DNA from: Kineococcus radiotolerans SRS30216 = ATCC BAA-149
GTDB lineage: Bacteria > Actinomycetota > Actinomycetes > Actinomycetales > Kineococcaceae
NCBI RefSeq assembly: GCF_000017305.1
Contig: NC_009664.2
Span: 1,770,001 to 1,802,000 of the forward strand
DNA: 32,000 bases
Reading direction: 5' to 3'
The notes beneath the pieces were generated by a model. That model did not search any database. It was not told the origin of the DNA and saw only the letters and a list, made by a program, of their open reading frames with translations. Position numbers and translations under genes: made by a program. Position 1 is the first letter of the stretch. Each line of letters starts with the position of its first letter. Of the stretch, positions 22,799 to 29,212 are shown piece after piece.

Positions 22799-23215
22799 TC
22801 AGCTGACCGGGCGGGCGCTCGCGCGCGGACCCGTCCCCGCGCCGACGTACCCGCTGCCGCGCACCTCCACCTCGACGCCCGCGGCCTCCAGCACCGCGAG
22901 GACGTGACGCTCGGCGTCCCCGATCGCGTCCATCGACGGCGCCTCCTCGCACGCCACCCCCGCCACCGAGACCGTCTCGTCGGCCGGGGCGGGCAGGTGC
23001 TCCGTCCACGCCTGCACCCCGGCCCGCCGCAGGGCGGCCAGGCACTCCTCGTGGGAGGCGGTGCTCGGCACCAGCAGCACCGTCAGCAACCCACCGGCGA
23101 AGGGGTTCCGCGTCCCCGGGTCGGCCCGCAGGTCCACGGCGGCGGGGAACTCCCCCGCACCGCGCGTCCCCACCGGGCCGGGCGTCGTCGCTGCGTCGCG
23201 GAGGTCGATCACCAT
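22799..23215 (-). CDS. Hypothetical protein (138 aa, no recognised domain)
   Basis: An internal ATG 23215 of track ORF 22799..23281. GC3 is very high throughout. It reads MVIDLRDAATTPGPVGTRGAGEFPAAVDLRADPG...LLTVLLVPSTASHEECLAALRRAGVQAWTEHL... The competing + ORF 22904..23269 is R/G/P-rich. Confidence 0.55.
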   Translation of the reverse strand: MVIDLRDAATTPGPVGTRGAGEFPAAVDLRADPGTRNPFAGGLLTVLLVPSTASHEECLAALRRAGVQAWTEHLPAPADETVSVAGVACEEAPSMDAIGDAERHVLAVLEAAGVEVEVRGSGYVGAGTGPRASARPVS

Positions 23216-23287
23216 GGACCGCACCCTGGCACGGGAACCGGTGGCGCGGGGGCACTTCGAGGCGGTTGAGGACGAGACCACCGCGGG

Positions 23288-23542
23288 TCAGGGCCGACGC
23301 CGCAGGTTCCAGCCGCGCACCACCAGGTAGACGCCCCCGACCACGGCGCCGTAGGCCCCCCACCGCAGCGCCGCGTGGTCCAGCAGCGCCTCCCACGTGG
23401 TCGAACCCCCCGGACCCGACGGCCGGTGCGCGGCCGCCACGCCGTGGAAGGCGATCCCCGCGACGACGAGGACGGCCCCCACCACCAGCAGGGTCACCGC
23501 CCACCCGCGACCCCGGACGCGCTGCTGCTCCTCGGTGCTCAC
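23288..23542 (-). CDS. Small membrane protein (84 aa, two predicted TM helices)
   Basis: Last 84 codons of track ORF 23288..23932. GTG 23542 overlaps the GNAT stop (GTGA). It reads VSTEEQQRVRGRGWAVTLLVVGAVLVVAGIAFHG...WGAYGAVVGGVYLVVRGW. Confidence 0.6.
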   Translation of the reverse strand: MSTEEQQRVRGRGWAVTLLVVGAVLVVAGIAFHGVAAAHRPSGPGGSTTWEALLDHAALRWGAYGAVVGGVYLVVRGWNLRRRP

Positions 23543-24102
23543 CCCCCGATCCTGGCGGATCCCCGCACGGGGCGGCGCATGACGACCCGCGGCCAGGCGT
23601 CCAGCCCCAGTTCCCGCTCGTGGCGCCGCACCGCGAGCAGGCCCGGACCGAGCTCGGCGTCGGGGACCACGGTGAAACCGAGACGGGCGTAGTACGGCGC
23701 GTTCCACGCCACCTCCGCGAAGGTCGTCAGCGTCACCGCCGCCAGCCCCTGCTCGCCCGCCCAGCCGGCCGCGGTGTCGATCAACCGCCGGCCCCACCCC
23801 CGGCCGGCGTGGGCCGGGTCCACCGACACCTGCTCGACGTGGGCGGCCCCGTCGACGACGTCCACCAGCAGGTAGGCCACCGCGACGTCGTCCCCGACCC
23901 CACCGGCCGCCCCGTCGTCGCTCGCCACCCACGCCCGCCCCCGCGCCCGGTAGGTCTCCAGGGTTCCCAGGCTCGGGGGGTCGTCGTCGGCGACGACCGC
24001 CATGCCGATGCCGCGGAAGGCGGTTCCCGCGGCCCGCTCGACGTCCTGCAACCGGCGCAGGTCGCGCGGCTCAGCCCGTCGGATCACACGGCACCCTGGC
24101 AC
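23539..24102 (-). CDS. GNAT family N-acetyltransferase
   Basis: Track ORF of 187 aa. It reads IRRAEPRDLRRLQDVE...YLLVDVVDGAAHVEQVSVDPAHAGRGWGRRLI (acetyl-CoA motif A)...YYARLGF. The start is GTG 24102 or GTG 24087. Confidence 0.88.
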   Translation of the reverse strand: MPGCRVIRRAEPRDLRRLQDVERAAGTAFRGIGMAVVADDDPPSLGTLETYRARGRAWVASDDGAAGGVGDDVAVAYLLVDVVDGAAHVEQVSVDPAHAGRGWGRRLIDTAAGWAGEQGLAAVTLTTFAEVAWNAPYYARLGFTVVPDAELGPGLLAVRRHERELGLDAWPRVVMRRPVRGSARIGG

Positions 24103-24114
24103 ACCGCCGGTGGT

Positions 24115-24501
24115 TCAGGTACCTGCTCCCGCCGGCGGACCCGCGTCCGCGCTCCCGCGCAGGACGGACGTCATCCTCTTCCCCCGGGCGACCTCGTCGA
24201 CGAGCTTGTCCATCCACCGGATCCGCTGCATCAGCGGGTCCTCGATCTCCTCCACCCGGTGCCCGCAGATCACCCCGGTGATCTCCGCCGCGCGGGGGTT
24301 CAGCGCCGGGGCCTGCGCGAAGAAGGTCTCCAGGTCGACCCCGGAGGCGACGGCCTCCTGCAGCCCGGCGGGGTCGTGGCCGGTGAGCCAGCAGATGACC
24401 CGGTCCACGTCCTGCGGGTCGCGGCCCTTGCGCTGGACCTTGGCCACGTAGAGCGGGTAGATGCTGGCGAAGCTCGTGCCGAAGATCCGGTGCCGCGTCA
24501 C
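24115..24501 (-). CDS. DUF2200 domain protein
   Basis: Last 128 codons of track ORF 24115..24993. GTG 24501 has GAGGGGG about 6 nt upstream. HRIFGTSFASIYPLYVAKVQRKGRDPQDVDRVICWLTGH...ETFFAQAPALNP...GVICGHRVEEIEDPLMQRIRWMDKLVDEVARGK matches my recollection of DUF2200 proteins along its full length. Confidence 0.8.
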   Translation of the reverse strand: MTRHRIFGTSFASIYPLYVAKVQRKGRDPQDVDRVICWLTGHDPAGLQEAVASGVDLETFFAQAPALNPRAAEITGVICGHRVEEIEDPLMQRIRWMDKLVDEVARGKRMTSVLRGSADAGPPAGAGT

Positions 24502-24569
24502 GGTGGCCCCCTCGGGCGTCGCAGGACGTTCTCGCTCCCCGAGCAGGATCGTCCCGTCCCGGCGCCCGG

Positions 24570-25220
24570 TCAACGCGACGGACGCCCGGCCCGCACGACG
24601 AGGACCGCGTGGGGACGTCGTTCGCCCTCCTGCGGCCGCCGCGAGCGTTCGACCTCCACGAAACCCGCCGAGGTGAGCCGGCCCGCCATCTCGTCCACCG
24701 GCCACCGGTACGCCGTCGTGACCCGGTGCTCCAACGGCTCGCGCACCGGACCCTCGAAGAAACCCACGACCAGCGTCCCACCGGGTACCAGGAGCCGGCG
24801 GACGCCGAGCAGGGCGCCGTCCAGCCGCCCGGGTTCGACGTGGATGAGGGAGTACCACGCGAGCGCCCCGGCCACGGAGGCGTCCGCACGGTCCACGTCG
24901 GTCAGCGACCCCACCTCGAAGGGCACGCCCGGGTGGGCCCGACGCGCGTGGGCGACGAACTCCGGCACCAGGTCGATGCCCGTCACCTCGCACCCCGCGC
25001 CGTGCAGGTGACCCGTCAGGTGCCCCGGACCGCAGCCCAGGTCCAGGACCGGGCCGCTCAGGTGCGCCAGGTGCCGCTCGATCAGCCGCAGGTCGTCGGG
25101 GTGCACGACCTCCACCGATCCCAGCAGGTCGATGTACCGCTGCGCGAGGGAGGAGTAGGCCTCCTGGACGTCGTGGGGGTTCACCGCGCGCACGCTGCCC
25201 AGGGCCACCGGCGAGACCAC
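24570..25220 (-). CDS. Class I SAM-dependent methyltransferase
   Basis: Within track ORF 24570..25388. It reads VLDLGCGPGHLTGHL (motif I), EVTGIDLVPEFV and LVPGGTLVVGF. I set the start at GTG 25220, with GAGGGA 9 nt upstream overlapping the TetR stop. GTG 25193 and GTG 25184 are alternatives. Confidence 0.82.
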   Translation of the reverse strand: MVSPVALGSVRAVNPHDVQEAYSSLAQRYIDLLGSVEVVHPDDLRLIERHLAHLSGPVLDLGCGPGHLTGHLHGAGCEVTGIDLVPEFVAHARRAHPGVPFEVGSLTDVDRADASVAGALAWYSLIHVEPGRLDGALLGVRRLLVPGGTLVVGFFEGPVREPLEHRVTTAYRWPVDEMAGRLTSAGFVEVERSRRPQEGERRPHAVLVVRAGRPSR

Positions 25221-25233
25221 GGCCGTCGGTCCC

Positions 25234-25902
25234 TCAGCGACCGCGGGAGCCACCACCGGGCCTGGTCCCACCGCCGGAGCGGGTGGTTCCGCGCGCCGGC
25301 CCAGCGGCCCGTCCGGGCGGACGCGGCAGGCCGTCCAGGGCCGCCTGCGCGGCCTCCCGCAGGACGCTCTCGCGGGCTCCCGCCTCACCGACGGCCTCGA
25401 TGCCGCGGTGGACGGTCAGCAGCAGGCCGGCGAGCCGCGGGGCATCAGCGCCGGGGTCGACGTCGCCGTTGCGCTGGCAGGCCTCCAGGACGGCGGTGAA
25501 GGTCCGGCGCAGCTCCTCGAAGGCCGCCAGCGAACGAGCCGAGACCACCTCGTCGTGCTCGGCCAGTTCCGCCGCCCCCTTGGCCAGCAGGCAGGCGCGG
25601 TGGCCGGGTTCGGCGCTGGTCCGCGCGTGGTCCAGGAAGTAGGTGGTGAGCCGCTCGAACGCCTGCTCGTCGTCACCGTCGAGCCGGTGCGCCGTGGAGC
25701 CGACCGCCGCGGTGCAGTAGTCGTCGAAGACCCGGTGGAAGAGCTCGCGCTTGCCGCCGAACGCCCCGTACAGGCTGCCCTTGCCCAGGCCGGTGGCCGC
25801 CGCGATCGTCTCCATGCTCGTGCCGGCGAAACCGGTCGACCAGAACTGCTCGCGCGCAGCGGTCAGGACGCCGTCCTCGTCGAACTCCCTCGGTCTGCCC
25901 AC
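25234..25902 (-). CDS. TetR/AcrR family transcriptional regulator
   Basis: Track ORF of 222 aa starting at GTG. The N-terminal HTH reads FAGTSMETIAAATGLGKGSLYGAFGGKRELF. The C-terminal tail is a low-complexity G/R/P stretch. Confidence 0.9.
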   Translation of the reverse strand: MGRPREFDEDGVLTAAREQFWSTGFAGTSMETIAAATGLGKGSLYGAFGGKRELFHRVFDDYCTAAVGSTAHRLDGDDEQAFERLTTYFLDHARTSAEPGHRACLLAKGAAELAEHDEVVSARSLAAFEELRRTFTAVLEACQRNGDVDPGADAPRLAGLLLTVHRGIEAVGEAGARESVLREAAQAALDGLPRPPGRAAGPARGTTRSGGGTRPGGGSRGR

Positions 25903-26002
25903 CTGCGCAGCCTAGGCCGTTGTTGACGGAGTCGTCCAGAAAGCTCCAACTCGGGGACGGTTCGTTCCACGACCGAGCGGTGACGAGGGAAGAGGCACGA
26001 CG

Positions 26003-26376
26003 ATGGGTGGAGTCCTGGACGGCGAGGTGACCGTGGTCACCGGCGGCACGAGCGGGATCGGGCTGGGCCGCAGGCCGTCGGGGTGCGCTGCGACGTCGGG
26101 GACCTGAGCGACCTCGACGCCACGTCCGCCACGTCCGTGGAGGGCGTGCTGTTCGGGGCGCAGGGGGCGGTGCGCGACCTCGCCCGCAGCTGGACGCTCG
26201 ACGCGCAGGAGAACGGCTTCCGCGTCGACGTCCTCAGCCCCGGACCGACCCGCACCCCCGGCCTGCTCGGGATCGTCCCCGAGGACCAGCAGGACGACTT
26301 CGCCGAGGCCCTGGACGCCGCTGCGTTCGTCAACGGGGCCGAGTGGTTCGTGGACGGCGGGCGCACCAGCGCCTGA
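26003..26376 (+). pseudogene. Decayed short-chain dehydrogenase/reductase (SDR) remnant
   Basis: ATG 26003 opens MGGVLDGEVTVVTGGTSGIGLG and stops after 34 codons (TGA 26105-26107). A second frame (26083..26376) keeps the SDR blocks VRCDVGDLSDLD, GVLFGAQ, FRVDVLSPGPTRTPGL and FVNGAEWFVDGG. The Ser and YxxxK catalytic region and about half the normal length are missing. Confidence 0.7.
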
Positions 26377-26473
26377 CCGGCAGCGAGCCGGTCTCCTCGC
26401 GACCGTGCCGGTGCCCGGCCGGCGCCCGCCGGGTCCGTCGTCGGTCCACCGGGCCCGACCCGGGGCGGGGCAC

Positions 26474-28021
26474 CTAGCAGGTCGTGCCCTCGTCCGGTTC
26501 CACCCCGGCCACCAGGTACGTGTCGACGGCGGTGTCCACGCACCCGGACCCCGTGCCGTAGGCGGTGTGCCCGTCGCCGTCGTAGGTCAGCAACCGCCCC
26601 GAGGAGAGTTCCCGCGCGAGGTTCTCCGCCCACGGGTAGGGCGTCGCGGGGTCGCGGGTCGTGCCGACGACGAGGATCGGCCCGGCGCCCTCGGCGCGCA
26701 CCGCCCGCACCTCCCCGACGGGGGGGACCGGCCAGTTCGTGCAGGCCAGCGAACCCCAGGCCAGGAACGGCCCGAACGTCGGCGACGCCGCCTCGAACCG
26801 CGCGACGGTGTCCTGGACCTGCGGCAGGGTCTCCGCGTCGTCGCGGTCCAGGCAGTTCACGGCGTAGATGACGGTGCTGGAGTTGTCGAGGTAGGTGCCG
26901 TCCGCGCCGCGGTGGGCGTAGGCGTCGGCGAGGGCGAGCATCGCCGTGCCGTCGCCGGCGAAGGCGCTGGTGAGGGCCTCGCTCAGCTGCGGCCACAGCG
27001 CCTGCGCGTAGAGCGGGTAGGCCAGGCCGAGGTAGCCGAGGCCCTGCACGAGGTCGCGGCCGGTGCTCGTCGGCAGCGGCCGCGCGTCCAGGGAGGCCAG
27101 GAAGGCCCGCACCTGCGCGACGCCGTCGTCGACGCCGCCGGTGAGCGGGCAGTCGTCGTCGCCCAGGCAGCCCTGGACGTAGGAGCGCAACGCGACCTCG
27201 AACCCGGCGGCCTGGCCCGCGTTGACCTCCTCGCTGCTCAGCGCGGGGTCGAGGACGCCGTCGAGGACGAACCGCCCCACCCGCTGCGGGAACAGCTCCG
27301 CGTACCAGGCGCCGAGGTAGGTGCCGTAGGACTTCCCGAGGTAGTTCAGCTTGTCGTCGCCGAGGGCGGCCCGCAGCACGTCCACGTCCCGCGCGACGGA
27401 GCGGGTGTCGACGTGGGCCGCGAGCGCGCCCGCGGCCGCGCACCCCTCGCCGAGGGCGGTCACGCGCTCGTCCAGCGCCTGCACCTCACCGGCGTCGTCG
27501 GGGGTGGGGTCGGTGGCGAGGAACTCGTCGACCGCGGCGTCGGGCAGGCACCGCAGGGGCGCGGAGGCGCCCACGCCCCGGGGGTCGAAGCCGACGACGT
27601 CGAAGTGGTCGCGGACCGTCTGCGAGGTGACGCCCTCGGCCGCCCGGGCGTACTCGACGCCCGAGGCGCCCGGCCCGCCGGGGTTGAGGACGAGGGAGCC
27701 CAGCCGGTCGTCGCCGGTCGCGGAGGTCCGCAGCCGCACCAGGGCCAGCGAGAGCGTCTCCCCCGCCGGGCGGGCGTAGTCGACGGGGACGGTCAGCCGG
27801 GAGCACTCGAAGCCGCCGGAGCAGTCCGCCCACTGCAGGTCCTGGCCGTAGAACGCGGCGAGCGCCGGGTCGGTCGCGGCCTCGCCCTCGACGGCGGAGG
27901 CGGTGCCGACCGGGGAGGGGTCGGGGCTGGAGCCGCCGAACACCGAGCAGCCGGAGAGCACCAGCGCGGCCAGCGGCGCCGCGACCCACCGCCGCGGGAC
28001 GGGTCGTCGACGGGTGCGCAT
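26474..28021 (-). CDS. Secreted lipoprotein, alpha/beta-hydrolase peptidase of the S33 tripeptidyl-aminopeptidase type
   Basis: Track ORF of 515 aa. The signal peptide carries the lipobox LVLSGC. It reads LVLNPGGPGASG, GFDPRGVG and YLGKSYGTYLG (nucleophile Ser), with a C-terminal GDGHTAYG region. Confidence 0.88.
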   Translation of the reverse strand: MRTRRRPVPRRWVAAPLAALVLSGCSVFGGSSPDPSPVGTASAVEGEAATDPALAAFYGQDLQWADCSGGFECSRLTVPVDYARPAGETLSLALVRLRTSATGDDRLGSLVLNPGGPGASGVEYARAAEGVTSQTVRDHFDVVGFDPRGVGASAPLRCLPDAAVDEFLATDPTPDDAGEVQALDERVTALGEGCAAAGALAAHVDTRSVARDVDVLRAALGDDKLNYLGKSYGTYLGAWYAELFPQRVGRFVLDGVLDPALSSEEVNAGQAAGFEVALRSYVQGCLGDDDCPLTGGVDDGVAQVRAFLASLDARPLPTSTGRDLVQGLGYLGLAYPLYAQALWPQLSEALTSAFAGDGTAMLALADAYAHRGADGTYLDNSSTVIYAVNCLDRDDAETLPQVQDTVARFEAASPTFGPFLAWGSLACTNWPVPPVGEVRAVRAEGAGPILVVGTTRDPATPYPWAENLARELSSGRLLTYDGDGHTAYGTGSGCVDTAVDTYLVAGVEPDEGTTC

Positions 28022-28033
28022 GGTGCGACCAGG

Positions 28034-29212
28034 CTACGGGACGTCGCCCGGTGACCGGTGGGGCGCGCGCAGGGTGAGGGCCAGCGCCTCGATGGCCAGC
28101 AGCGGCGCGACGTTCTGCGCCAGCCGCTGCCGGGCCAGCTGCACCGCGTCGGCCCGGCGCAGGACGTCCTCGGGCGTCGAGGAGGCGGCCATGGCCCGCA
28201 CGTCGCCGGTCATGTCGGAGTTCACCAGCTCCACCGGCGCCCCGAGCTGCACGACGAGGACGTCGCGCAGCAGGCCCAGCAGGTCGACGAGGGAGCGGTC
28301 CAGGACGTCGGTCTGGTGGCGGCGGGCGCGGCGCTTCTGGTCCTCCTCCAGCTGGCGGACCTGCCCCCGCACCGCCGGCGGGACGGTCGCGACGCCGTCG
28401 GCGCCCAACGCCCGCAGCAGCTCGGCCCGCTCGCGGGCGTCGCGCTCGGTGGTGGAGGCCCCGGCCTCCTCGGCGGCGACCTCGACGAGCTCGCCCGCCG
28501 CGACGACCGCCTCCCCGACCCCGCGCAGCCGCTGCGGCAGCCGCAGCACCTCGCGGCGGCGGATGCGGGCCCCCTCGTCGCGGGCGAGGCGGCGGGCGAG
28601 GCCGACGTGGCTCTGCGCGGCGCGGGCGGCGAAGGCGGCCATCACCGGGTCGATCCCGTCGCGGCGCACCAGCAGCTCGGCGACGGCGTCGGCGGGCGGG
28701 ACGCGCAGCGGGACGTGGCGGGCGCGGGAGCGGATGGTGGGCAGGACGTCGTCGACGGCGGGCGCGCACAGCAGCCAGACCGTCTGCGGGGGCGGCTCCT
28801 CGATGGTCTTGAGCAGGACGTTGCCGGAGGTCGGGTTGAGCCGGTCCGCGTCCTCGACGACGACGACCCGCCACCGGGCGACGGAGGGGCGGCGCTGCGC
28901 GGTGGCGATGAGCGGCTCGACGTCCTCGCGGCGGATCTGCATGTGCTCGGTGGTGAAGACCGTGACGTCGGCGTGCGAGCCGGCGAGCGCGGTCCGGCAG
29001 CCGGGGCAGGCCCCGCAGCCGATCTCGACGGGGTCCTCGCAGGCCAGGGCGGCGGCGAAGGCGCGCGCGGCGGTGGAGCGCCCCGACCCGGGCGGGCCGG
29101 TCAGCAGCCAGGCGTGGGTCATCCCCACCGTCCCGCGCCGGGCCGCGCGGGCGGCGCGGGTGAGGACCTCGACGGCGGGGCCCTGCCCGACGACGTCGTC
29201 CCAGACGCTCAC
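28034..29212 (-). CDS. holB: DNA polymerase III subunit delta' (HolB)
   Basis: Last 392 codons of track ORF 28034..30379. It reads HAWLLTGPPGSGRSTAARAFAAALAC, GCGACPGCR (zinc module), VVVVEDADRLN and TIRSRARHV. GTG 29212 overlaps the tmk stop (GTGA). Confidence 0.92.
   Translation of the reverse strand: MSVWDDVVGQGPAVEVLTRAARAARRGTVGMTHAWLLTGPPGSGRSTAARAFAAALACEDPVEIGCGACPGCRTALAGSHADVTVFTTEHMQIRREDVEPLIATAQRRPSVARWRVVVVEDADRLNPTSGNVLLKTIEEPPPQTVWLLCAPAVDDVLPTIRSRARHVPLRVPPADAVAELLVRRDGIDPVMAAFAARAAQSHVGLARRLARDEGARIRRREVLRLPQRLRGVGEAVVAAGELVEVAAEEAGASTTERDARERAELLRALGADGVATVPPAVRGQVRQLEEDQKRRARRHQTDVLDRSLVDLLGLLRDVLVVQLGAPVELVNSDMTGDVRAMAASSTPEDVLRRADAVQLARQRLAQNVAPLLAIEALALTLRAPHRSPGDVP

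Noticed and set aside
22605-25499. ORFs 22605..23504 (-), 22904..23269 (+), 23266..25011 (+, 581 aa), 24071..24889 (-) and 24609..25499 (+).
   Set aside because: They are R/G/P-rich and overlap the recognisable GNAT, DUF2200 and methyltransferase genes. For 22799-23215 I preferred the minus frame because of its balanced composition and very high GC3. That call remains only moderately confident.
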